A stretch of 64,000 nucleotides of DNA from an uncultured Oscillospiraceae bacterium (GCA_944387845.1 CALXGH010000039.1:14930-78929), one strand, 5' to 3'. Counted from the first letter of the stretch, positions 27,991 through 36,180 are shown. The notes: generated from the sequence alone by a model not told the origin. Program-made: numbers and translations.

Positions 27991-28025
27991 CGGAGTAAAC
28001 TCTTTCGTTTGCTCCGACTTTTTTT
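27991..28025 (+). terminator. Rho-independent terminator after the Cys-rich gene (homologous to the tRNA terminator)
   Basis: CGGAGTAAAC (27991-28000), loop TCTTTC, GTTTGCTCCG (28007-28016), then ACTTTTTTT. Confidence 0.85.
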
Positions 28026-28046
28026 ATATTTTTACTCACTGCCTGC

Positions 28047-28084
28047 AAAAAAGGAAAGGCCCTGCCTGACGGCAGAGCCTTTTT
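28047..28084. terminator. Terminator at the end of the minus-strand Mrp-like operon
   Basis: AGGCCCTGCC (28057-28066), loop TGAC, GGCAGAGCCT (28071-28080), one mismatch. T-runs follow on both strands. Confidence 0.7.
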
Positions 28085-28097
28085 AACATACCTCAAA

Positions 28098-28451
28098 TTA
28101 AGTGTTCCATACGATCAGCGCAACAGCCACAGCAACTATGGCAAAGCTGCACATAAGAAGTGAAAATGACAGATCCAGACTTACTCTGTGTACAACCTCC
28201 TTGGCTTCTTTTTCAATCTTCGTATATTTTCCATCGGTGTTGTAGAGCCTGTCAAGGAGCCGTCCCACAAGGTCCTTTCTTCGTTTGGCGTTCAGTTCAT
28301 CCGGGGTAATATCATCTCCCACAAGCAGCAGCTTCATAAGAGCCAAGACTATAATATCGAGCATATCGCAGACAAGTCTTGACAGTGTACCGAATATGTT
28401 CGGCAACACTCTGAGCAGCCTTGGCCTGTAAAACATATCCTCAAGATCCAT
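28098..28451 (-). CDS. Membrane-anchored helical protein; probably the detached C-terminus of the upstream NuoL/MrpA-like gene
   Basis: ATG at 28451 (MDLEDMFYRP...). Long predicted helix followed by one terminal TM helix (LLMCSFAIVAVAVALIVW). Its frame is open back to 28556 and overlaps the 3' end of the upstream gene across an A7 run. Confidence 0.55.
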   Translation of the reverse strand: MDLEDMFYRPRLLRVLPNIFGTLSRLVCDMLDIIVLALMKLLLVGDDITPDELNAKRRKDLVGRLLDRLYNTDGKYTKIEKEAKEVVHRVSLDLSFSLLMCSFAIVAVAVALIVWNT

Positions 28452-28480
28452 CCAGCTTGGTATTATGTTAATATACTCTT

Positions 28481-30124
28481 TTACCCCAGCCTTATTTTTT
28501 TCATGAGAAGTCCACGGACAACAACAGGATAAAGTATGGCCGCAATAACAACGCATATTATTGTGCCTTCCATGCTCTCAAAAGAGAAATAGCTGAAAGT
28601 CTCCGCTCCCATAGAGGAGCCGAAAAAGTCCATACCCATACCGGCTATACCATCATTTATATAATTGGGCGCTATTCCCAGAACTAAGATCCCCAGAGCG
28701 GCAGCCCCCAACGCCAGCGCTGATGATGGTTTTATCCAGTTTTTCATGCCATCATATTCCGCCTGACGGTCCGGGTTTTTCTCAATGAATATGGCAACAT
28801 ACAGTTTTGTCATGTATATTATGGTCAGTCCTCCGCTTATGAGGAAAAGCCGCTCCACGATTTTCATAGCAGCTATCGGTTCTCCCGCCTGCAAAAGTAC
28901 CTCTGTATACTGGATAATGGACTCGTGTAGAAGTGTCTTGCTAACATATCCGTTAAATAGAGGTATACCTCCAATGCCAAGAGCGCCAATTAAAAATACC
29001 ACATTTAAAAACGGTTTTTTCCGGCCAAAACCTCTTATTTTATTGAGATCAAGCTCATGTATATTCATAAACACCGCGCCGGCAGCCATAAACAGACAAA
29101 GCTTCAGCATGGAGTGGTTTACCATGTGCAAGAAGGTTCCTCTCGCGGCCAGTGAATTGTCCTGGCCCAGAAGGCTCATCATTCCTATGCCTACAAGAAT
29201 AAATCCTATCTGTGATATGGACGAGCAGGCAAGAGTCCTCTTTAAATCTATGGAAAACAGCGCCAGAAGTGCTCCGAGAACCATCGTTATGGTACCCAGT
29301 ATGAGCACTACCGTGCCCCATCTGGGGTCATATCTGAAGATATTACAGGACACAGCCAAAATTCCGAATATACCAGCCTTTGTAAGTATACCAGAAAGCA
29401 GCGCACTGGCCGGTGCCGGAGCTACTGGGTGGGCCTTAGGCAGCCAGATATGCAGCGGGAACATACCCGCTTTTGCGCCAAATCCGAAAAGCATACACAG
29501 TCCGGCGGCATACAGTGCTCCCTTATCAGGACAAGCTGTAGCAGCGCTGTAAAGCTCGCTTATGTTAACTGTACCCAATTTGCTGTTAATTATAAAAATG
29601 CCCATAAGAGCCGTAAGTCCGCCGATGACAGCTACGGCAAGATATGTGTCAGCCGCTTTTAACGAGTCTGGAGTTTCCTCATGGGCAACCCACTCGTAAG
29701 AAGCAAATGACATTACTTCAAAGAATATAAACGCTGTAATAAGGTCCGCCGATAAAAACAGTCCTACCATAGCGCCTAAAGTCATAAGGTTGAAAAAGTG
29801 ATATCTTCCCCTGTTTTTGTAGTCTTTGAAATACTCCGCAGAAAACAGAATGGTCAGAAGCCACATTATTGCAGCAACTCCGCAGTAAACTTTTCTAAAC
29901 CCATCAAAGGCAAGGTTTATCCCAAGAGCGCAGAGGCCGTCAAAGGAGAAGAAGTACTCCTCCGGCGAGAAAATAAGTGCTGCCGCAATAACTCCCTCTA
30001 CAACCGCACAAGCGATGGAGAAATACTGACAGGTTTTTACAGATTTCCTGCTGATAAGATACGCCACCAGAGCGCAAACCATTGGGAATATTACAAGGGC
30101 AAAAAGTAAAACGTTTCCTTCCAT
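28481..30124 (-). CDS. Proton-conducting antiporter-like membrane subunit (NuoL/MrpA/MrpD family)
   Basis: 547 aa, polytopic. Signature FGFGAKAGMFPLHIWLPKAHPVAPAPASALLSG. SD AAGGAGG 5 nt before the ATG. Confidence 0.85.
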   Translation of the reverse strand: MEGNVLLFALVIFPMVCALVAYLISRKSVKTCQYFSIACAVVEGVIAAALIFSPEEYFFSFDGLCALGINLAFDGFRKVYCGVAAIMWLLTILFSAEYFKDYKNRGRYHFFNLMTLGAMVGLFLSADLITAFIFFEVMSFASYEWVAHEETPDSLKAADTYLAVAVIGGLTALMGIFIINSKLGTVNISELYSAATACPDKGALYAAGLCMLFGFGAKAGMFPLHIWLPKAHPVAPAPASALLSGILTKAGIFGILAVSCNIFRYDPRWGTVVLILGTITMVLGALLALFSIDLKRTLACSSISQIGFILVGIGMMSLLGQDNSLAARGTFLHMVNHSMLKLCLFMAAGAVFMNIHELDLNKIRGFGRKKPFLNVVFLIGALGIGGIPLFNGYVSKTLLHESIIQYTEVLLQAGEPIAAMKIVERLFLISGGLTIIYMTKLYVAIFIEKNPDRQAEYDGMKNWIKPSSALALGAAALGILVLGIAPNYINDGIAGMGMDFFGSSMGAETFSYFSFESMEGTIICVVIAAILYPVVVRGLLMKKIRLG

Positions 30125-30134
30125 AGCGCCCTCC

Positions 30135-30982
30135 TTATATAGTACCTGCGGCTATGCCGCCGGCAACTTTGACCATGGGCCATGCGTATATACCGAAAAA
30201 TACGCAAACAGCCCCGAGAATTACTATAGGTACAAGCATAAAACGGTTAGCTTCTTTCGCCTTGTCAGCAAAAGATGAGCTTACTCCTCCGGCGGGGAAA
30301 AATGCCCGCTGTACCGCAGGGAACATATACCCGCCTTTACTCCGAATCCGAAAAACATCATAAGATATATGGCAAGATATGTATTTACTTTCTCTGTGGT
30401 GCTGACTGTACCGCCCAGCACAAAATCAAGGCTGACCCCCTCTGCCATCAGATAAGCCATTCCAACGAAAGCAAAGGCGGCGCCGCCAATGGCAAAAACA
30501 AGATACTTAAGGCCTGCTCTTACAGAGGTCTTTGTCATGTAATACATGATAAGAGGCAGTGTAGCAAGAGTTAGAAACTCGTAGAAGCAGTACATGGTTA
30601 TCATGTTGCCAGCCTCAGCTATACCAATAGTAATACCTAAAGACAACAGAAAAAACTCATAAAACCGTGTGGAATACACATTGTCGTCCATGTACCCGAA
30701 TGAGTATATTGCTGTCAGCGGCCATAAAAGGCCAATAATACCGGCGAAGAACTTTCCCAGTCCGTCAAAGGCCAGTACGATATGCGCACCGTCGGATATC
30801 TCGAATATCTCGTATCTTCCGCCGCAGAATAGTATGGCTGCCCAAATTGCCGCGGCTTCGCAAAATGTAGTTAGGATAACTGCCGCCTGTCTTGCGCGCT
30901 TGTTGCCAAGCTTTATAAACCGCACACCAAGTGCTCCTAAAAGAGGTAGCAGAACAGGAACAATAAGGAAATTTTCACTCAT
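30135..30982 (-). pseudogene. MrpD/MnhD-like antiporter subunit, frameshifted and internally deleted
   Basis: The N-terminal 225 aa are family-typical up to FGFGVKAG. The frame then breaks at GGTATATGTTCCCT (30321-30331). The +1 frame gives MFP and then jumps to a C-terminal-end-like sequence (ANRFMLVPIVILGAVCVFFGIYAWP). Total 848 nt, not a multiple of 3. Confidence 0.65.
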
Positions 30983-30985
30983 TTT

Positions 30986-31192
30986 TCACACCACCATATC
31001 GTAAAGCCAGGTCTCGTCAAGAAGCAGACCTACAATAAGTATCATGGAGGTCGTCATAGTGCCTATCATATTGATGGCCATGATTCTGTCGGCTATCCTT
31101 GGACCTTTTATGGCTCTCACCAGCACCGCTATGACCATCATGGTGAGAGCGACTATTGCGATTTTAAAAACAATGTCATATCCCATTTCCAT
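30986..31192 (-). CDS. mnhF: Monovalent cation/H+ antiporter subunit F (short form)
   Basis: LVRAIKGPRIADRIMAINMIGT is the MnhF/PhaF signature. At 68 aa it ends shortly after the second helix. Confidence 0.75.
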   Translation of the reverse strand: MEMGYDIVFKIAIVALTMMVIAVLVRAIKGPRIADRIMAINMIGTMTTSMILIVGLLLDETWLYDMVV

Positions 31193-31199
31193 AACTGCC

Positions 31200-31658
31200 T
31201 CACGCCTCCATCTTTTTCAAAAGCTGCATGAACTTGCCGTCCTCGATACCTTCTATAAGAGAAACATCAAGACAATGTACCTCAAATACATTGCCTACAA
31301 GATCAACTGTTATTGTCCCTGGTGTCAGGGTAATGGAATTGGCAAGAATGGTCTTTGATATCTCCCGTTTTAAATCGACCTCAAAGGTATATATGGTCTG
31401 CTCGACCTTTCGGCCCCTGTCCCATATTATTCTTATCACAGCAAAGTTCGCTTTTACTATTTCAACCATTAAAACAGCGCAATAACGCAAGAACAGCCCC
31501 GTTTTACCAATAAAACGGAGCTCTTTTTTTATCGTAATTCCCATAAATTTGGAAATAAAGGCGTAAATAACCGCTGTCCCAATAAGACCAATGACCGTAA
31601 TTTGTACAGTAATTCTGCCGTTTAGTATGATCCATAGCAGAAACATTAGAACAACCAT
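31200..31658 (-). CDS. mnhE: Monovalent cation/H+ antiporter subunit E
   Basis: ANSITLTPGTITV hallmark of MnhE. 152 aa. SD AAGGAGG 8 nt before the ATG. Confidence 0.85.
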   Translation of the reverse strand: MVVLMFLLWIILNGRITVQITVIGLIGTAVIYAFISKFMGITIKKELRFIGKTGLFLRYCAVLMVEIVKANFAVIRIIWDRGRKVEQTIYTFEVDLKREISKTILANSITLTPGTITVDLVGNVFEVHCLDVSLIEGIEDGKFMQLLKKMEA

Positions 31659-31950
31659 CTTCGCAGCCTCCTTAAATTGTTTTGTCTTTCTTTCTCTAAT
31701 TCCTTTCCAATATCTCGTCTAACCTAATGTTTTATACCTTTTTCTTTAAACATGAAGGTGCAAATCAAACAAAAAATTTAACCTGAAGTCCCGTCTAACT
31801 TGTTATTTTTACGAATTTTAAGGCCCAGGTTATGCCAATCGACATTGTATTTATTTCGCTACTTTATGTTATTTACCCTATTTTTCCATTAAAATAGAAA
31901 CATTTTAAAGGCCAATTTCACCCCATCGAAAAGCCTTTTCTCAAATGTCC

Positions 31951-31992
31951 AAATTTAAAATGCCCTCGCCTCCATTAAGGTAAGGCGAGGGC
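31951..31992 (-). terminator. Rho-independent terminator after the radical SAM gene
   Basis: GCCCTCGCCT (31962-31971) pairs with AGGCGAGGGC (31983-31992). On the minus strand it is followed by ATTTTAAATTT. Confidence 0.8.
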
Positions 31993-32072
31993 AAAATCAT
32001 CTTAAACCGCTGTCATTTGCTGCAGTATTCTAATTATTTCAAGGAAATTGTTAAGTTTTTCTGCTTGTTTTC

Positions 32073-32915
32073 CTATTTTCCGAACCTCATTTTCGCGAAA
32101 CCGCACCGCCTGCACAGTTCCTCTCTGCCCTCACCGGACATAAACCCGTCGTAAATGTCCCGGGCCCGCTTAGAATTCAAAATGTCCTCCATGTCCTCCT
32201 CAAAGAGGTTTCCCAGCGGAATATCACCATCATGGTCAAGACAGCATGGCACCACCGTGCCGTCGCACAATACACCTATCTGGTCTCGGAGCCCATAGCA
32301 GGACACCTTTTTACCTGTATCCGTGGCGGAAAGATCCGGCCAGTCGAACTTGTCCCCGTACTCCAAAAACACCTTATTTCCTATTACCATACCTCTTGGC
32401 TCCCTTTTCCATATTCCGGGGAAATACTCCTCTATGCACTTTTTTATATAACCATTCTGCCTGTCCGCGCCGCCTCCGTTCCAGAGCCGGTAGACTACTA
32501 TCTTTTTTCCTTCCGCCTGCCGGCCGAAGGAAAAACAGCCTTCAAGGTACTTGTCAAATGGCATTGTCATATCGTTTGCCTCAAAGGCGTGAAGAGATAT
32601 GTTTATTTTATGTAAACCGTCGGCTTCAAGAAGTCGTTCTCCCCCCTCCTCAAGAAGCGTACCGTTTGTGGTAATTATTACTTTAAACCCGGCATTTCCA
32701 GCAAGGCTTAGAAATTCCTCAACATTAGGATGACACAGTGGTTCCCCCATAATGTGAAAATACAGATAGTCCGTCCAGGGCCTTAGCTTTTCAATAAGAT
32801 ATGAAAACTCTTCCCGCTCCATGATTTTTGGTTTCCGCCGTGTCTTAGGACAGAAAGAGCAGTTTAAATTACATATATTGGATATCTCAAGATATACTTT
32901 TCTGAATCTTTTCAC
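32073..32915 (-). CDS. Radical SAM enzyme with a C-terminal SPASM/twitch-type Cys cluster
   Basis: CNLNCSFCP (CX3CX2C) at aa 15-22. C-terminal CYGLRDQIGVLCDGTVVPCCLDHDGD...LCRRCGF. GTG start after AGGGGGA. 280 aa. Confidence 0.8.
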   Translation of the reverse strand: MKRFRKVYLEISNICNLNCSFCPKTRRKPKIMEREEFSYLIEKLRPWTDYLYFHIMGEPLCHPNVEEFLSLAGNAGFKVIITTNGTLLEEGGERLLEADGLHKINISLHAFEANDMTMPFDKYLEGCFSFGRQAEGKKIVVYRLWNGGGADRQNGYIKKCIEEYFPGIWKREPRGMVIGNKVFLEYGDKFDWPDLSATDTGKKVSCYGLRDQIGVLCDGTVVPCCLDHDGDIPLGNLFEEDMEDILNSKRARDIYDGFMSGEGREELCRRCGFAKMRFGK

Positions 32916-32975
32916 TTCCTGTCCCCCTAAATATCAACAGTAAATCCCGGCCCACATTAAAATTACGCCGTTATT

Positions 32976-33596
32976 TTATCTTATTCTGATAAGGAGTATT
33001 CTCCCTTTCTCTACTTCTACTGACGCTCTTTTTCCGGGCAGCACCTCATTGCTAACCCCATACTGGTAACTGCATGGTATCCCGGCTTTTTCCAGAGGAT
33101 ATTTTGCGTCTTTTATTGTGATCCCTTCAGGGGACGCGTCTATATTTATAAGTGAAAAGAAAGGATAATCTTCAGATATATACGCCTTCTCTCCAGACAC
33201 TATCTCCATCTCTGAAAAATCATCTACTATCATGGCTTTCTTTCCCAACTCGTCCAGCATAACAAGGATATAAACGTTTCCCAGGGTATGGTCAAGCCTG
33301 CCGCCAGTAACACCAACAAAAAGAAACTCTGAAAATCCCCTTTTCAGTGCCTCTTTTACAGCAAAAACCGTGTCAGTATCGTCTTTAACGCTTGGCAGAA
33401 CAATTGTCTCCACATCTGTATCCGGCTTTTCGTGGGAGTCAAAATCTCCGACAATAAGATCCGGCGCCTTACCAAGAGGCTCAGTATGGAAAAGGCCGCT
33501 ATCGCAGTAAATATAAAAGTCTCCAGGACTCAGGTACTCTCTTACTTTTTCATATTCCTTTATCTCCGCTCCGCCCACGATTACGCAGCGCCTCAT
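32976..33596 (-). CDS. thiN: Thiamine diphosphokinase
   Basis: MRRCVIVGGAEI..., DLIVGDFDS and GGRLDHTLGN motifs. The ATG at 33596 is preferred over 33614. Confidence 0.88.
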   Translation of the reverse strand: MRRCVIVGGAEIKEYEKVREYLSPGDFYIYCDSGLFHTEPLGKAPDLIVGDFDSHEKPDTDVETIVLPSVKDDTDTVFAVKEALKRGFSEFLFVGVTGGRLDHTLGNVYILVMLDELGKKAMIVDDFSEMEIVSGEKAYISEDYPFFSLINIDASPEGITIKDAKYPLEKAGIPCSYQYGVSNEVLPGKRASVEVEKGRILLIRIR

Positions 33597-33858
33597 AATA
33601 TCACCGTCCCGCACTGGAGACTTCTCCAGTGAAATTCATATCCAAAAGATTATACCATAAAGCCCCCCTAAAGCAAATAAAGACGCGTCCTCCATCCATA
33701 CGGAACCTCCACTCTAACCTTTTGTAAAATATTTATGCACAGGCGGATTTCTCCACATCTTACCTTAAGTATGTGATACAATAAAAGCGCGGAAGGTTCG
33801 GCTCTCCGGCCTTTCTGACCCCAATTTCACTGATAAAATACAGGGAGGTAGTAAAGCT

Positions 33859-34536
33859 ATGCAATATGAATTTAAAGGCGGCGTTTTCCCGGTGGTCGTC
33901 TGCCAGCTCGAATCCGGTGAAAAGATGATAACAGAAAAAGGCTCCATGGTCTGGATGAGTCCAAATATGGAGATGGACACAAGGGGCGGCGGAATCGGGA
34001 AAATGTTTTCAAAAGCGTTTTCCGGTGAGAGTATGTTTCAGAATGTCTATACCGCCCGAGGCGCGGGTATGATCGCATTTGGCTCTAGTTTCCCTGGCCG
34101 TATTCTTCCTCTGGAAATAGGCCCAGGTCGTGAGTATATTTTACAGAAAACAGCGTTTCTCGCTTCTGAGGACGGAGTCGAACTCTCAATTCATTTCAAT
34201 AAGAAGTTCGGCGCCGGTCTGTTTGGCGGCGAGGGATTTATTATGCAGCGCCTTTCCGGCAGGGGTATCGCTTTCGTTGAGGTAGACGGCGAACTAGTTG
34301 AATATAACCTGGCGCCGGGCCAGCAGATAATCGTAGACACTGGCAACGTACTGGGTTTTGACTCCACCGTATCTATCGACATTCAGCAGGTAAAAGGAAT
34401 CAAAAACAAAATCCTGGGTGGCGAGGGATTTTTCAATACGGTTCTGACAGGTCCCGGCAAGATCTGGCTTCAGACAATGCCCATTTCAGGTGTTGCCGCG
34501 GCTATACAGCCATTTATTCCCACAGGTAATGGCTGA
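33859..34536 (+). CDS. AIM24/TIGR00266 (DUF124) family protein
   Basis: 225 aa. The pattern MQYEFKGGVFPVVVCQLESGEKMITEKGSMVWM...GGEGFIMQRLSGRGIAFVE is characteristic of the family. Confidence 0.8.
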   Translation: MQYEFKGGVFPVVVCQLESGEKMITEKGSMVWMSPNMEMDTRGGGIGKMFSKAFSGESMFQNVYTARGAGMIAFGSSFPGRILPLEIGPGREYILQKTAFLASEDGVELSIHFNKKFGAGLFGGEGFIMQRLSGRGIAFVEVDGELVEYNLAPGQQIIVDTGNVLGFDSTVSIDIQQVKGIKNKILGGEGFFNTVLTGPGKIWLQTMPISGVAAAIQPFIPTGNG

Positions 34537-34554
34537 TACCACAGGTTTAAAAAT

Positions 34555-34590
34555 AAAAAGCACAGCTTTTACAGCTGTGCTTTTTGTTTT
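34555..34590 (+). terminator. Rho-independent terminator after the AIM24-family gene
   Basis: AAGCACAGCT (34558-34567), 5-nt loop, AGCTGTGCTT (34573-34582), then TTTGTTTT. Confidence 0.85.
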
Positions 34591-34666
34591 GGCTAATCGA
34601 AAAAGCTTTGGACTGTTTAAATATACAGTTCATCTGTTAGCTCTTTTATGATGTCCAGCGTAATCA

Positions 34667-34709
34667 TTGACTTTCCACTTTTTGTATGGTATCATAATTT
34701 GCGAATTAT
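34667..34709 (+). promoter_or_regulatory. zur operon promoter with an overlapping palindromic operator (candidate Zur box)
   Basis: TTGACT (34667-34672), 17 nt spacer, TGgTATCAT extended -10 (34687-34695). Perfect inverted repeat ATAATT-TGCG-AATTAT at 34694-34709 overlaps the -10. Confidence 0.55.
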
Positions 34710-34731
34710 TCTCAAATTGGAGGGACCAGTT

Positions 34732-35142
34732 TTGTCTAAGTATATAACGAAGCAGAGAAAACTTTTACTCTCTTTTCTTGAAAACCATGTGGACAGCCAG
34801 CTTTCCACAAGTCAGATAGCGAATGAACTTAAGGATGACTCCATAAGCGTCAGCTCTGTATACAGGAACCTATCCGACCTTGAGCTTGAGGGCAAGGTCA
34901 GGCGGTATGTAAAGGCAGGAAACAGGGAAGCTTATTATCAGTACATGGCATCAGATAAATGCAAAGGCTGCCTGCATCTCTCCTGCAAAGTCTGCGGCAG
35001 AACTTTTCACATGGGTACTGAAGGGGCTGACCTTCTTGTAAATACCATTGCCCAGACTGAGGGATTCTCCCTTGATATGTCAGATACTGTTCTGTATGGT
35101 GTATGCAGCGCATGCCGGAGAAATAGTGGTCAGGATGACTGA
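34732..35142 (+). CDS. zur: Fur-family metalloregulator, probably Zur
   Basis: Winged-helix N-terminus and two CxxC pairs (CKVCGR, CSACR). TTG at 34732 lies 7 nt after GGAGGGA. The table start at 34648 would place the promoter inside the CDS. Heads a znuACB-type operon. Confidence 0.8.
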   Translation: MSKYITKQRKLLLSFLENHVDSQLSTSQIANELKDDSISVSSVYRNLSDLELEGKVRRYVKAGNREAYYQYMASDKCKGCLHLSCKVCGRTFHMGTEGADLLVNTIAQTEGFSLDMSDTVLYGVCSACRRNSGQDD

Positions 35143-35217
35143 TATGCACATAACTATCTTGGGCCGCGGCCTACCGCGGTTATTTTCAGCTCTATTTTAA
35201 ATTTCAGGAGACATTTT

Positions 35218-36180
35218 ATGAAAAAACTTCTTTATCTTGTTTTATCTCTGGCTCTGATACTGTGCCTTTTTTCAGGCTGCGGTTCAGAGGAAAAAACGGA
35301 AGCAGACGACGAAAAAATAAAGGTAGTCGCCACTGTATTCCCAGCCTATGACTGGGCGAGGGAAATAATCGGAAACTGCGATGATGTGGAACTTATACTG
35401 CTTCTTGACAACGGTGTGGACATGCACAGCTACCAGCCTTCGGCAGACGATATCATAACCATCTCCACATGCGATATGTTCATATATGTAGGCGGCCAGT
35501 CTGACAGCTGGGTAGATGACGCGCTGGACCAAAGTCAAAACAAGGATATGGCTGTAATAAATATGATGGACGTTATGGGCGAGAGTGTACGTGAGGAAGC
35601 TCATCTTCCCGGTATAGAACAGGAAGAAGAGGAGCACGACCATGAATATGACGAGCATATCTGGCTGTCTTTGAAAAATGCCCAGGTCATCTGCGGTGCC
35701 ATTTCAGACGGACTGGCTCAAATCTCCCCTGAAAACCAGAAGATTTTCTCGGAAAATTGTGCCGCCTATGACGAAAAACTCTCCGATTTGGACTCACGTT
35801 ACCAGGCTGCGGCGGACTCATCTTCTATAAAAACCCTTGTTTTCGCCGACAGATTCCCATTCCTCTACCTGACTGAGGACTACGGACTTGATTATTACGC
35901 GGCTTTTGAGGGTTGCTCCGCTGAAACAGAAGCCAGTTTTGAGACGGTAGCATACCTTGCCTCAGTTGTGGACGACCTGAATATTAAATCCATTTTGATA
36001 ATCGACGGTTCAGATGGAAAATTGGCCGAAACCATCATCTCCAATACTGCAGAAAAGAATCAGCAGATATTGACTCTCGACTCCATGCAGTCTGTCTCCT
36101 CTTCCGATATTGAAGGCGGCGAGACATACCTTGACGTTATGGAAGGAAATCTTGAGGTTTTAGAAGAAGCCCTGAAATAG
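35218..36180 (+). CDS. znuA: Zinc ABC transporter substrate-binding lipoprotein (ZnuA/AdcA cluster-9 family)
   Basis: Lipobox LFSGCGS. Acidic/His-rich loop EQEEEEHDHEYDEHIW. HSYQPS motif. Confidence 0.88.
   Translation: MKKLLYLVLSLALILCLFSGCGSEEKTEADDEKIKVVATVFPAYDWAREIIGNCDDVELILLLDNGVDMHSYQPSADDIITISTCDMFIYVGGQSDSWVDDALDQSQNKDMAVINMMDVMGESVREEAHLPGIEQEEEEHDHEYDEHIWLSLKNAQVICGAISDGLAQISPENQKIFSENCAAYDEKLSDLDSRYQAAADSSSIKTLVFADRFPFLYLTEDYGLDYYAAFEGCSAETEASFETVAYLASVVDDLNIKSILIIDGSDGKLAETIISNTAEKNQQILTLDSMQSVSSSDIEGGETYLDVMEGNLEVLEEALK

Noticed and set aside
27466-32915. The Cys-rich 114-aa ORF as a RiPP precursor matured by the radical SAM/SPASM enzyme.
   Set aside because: The genes are 4.3 kb apart on opposite strands and separated by the whole Mrp-like operon and several terminators. 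At 114 aa with two structured repeats, the ORF is atypical for a precursor peptide.
34648-34731. 84-nt N-terminal extension of the Fur-family ORF (table start 34648).
   Set aside because: The extension contains the -35, the -10 and the palindromic operator, and is hydrophobic nonsense. A TTG with a good SD at 34732 gives a normal 136-aa Fur-family protein.
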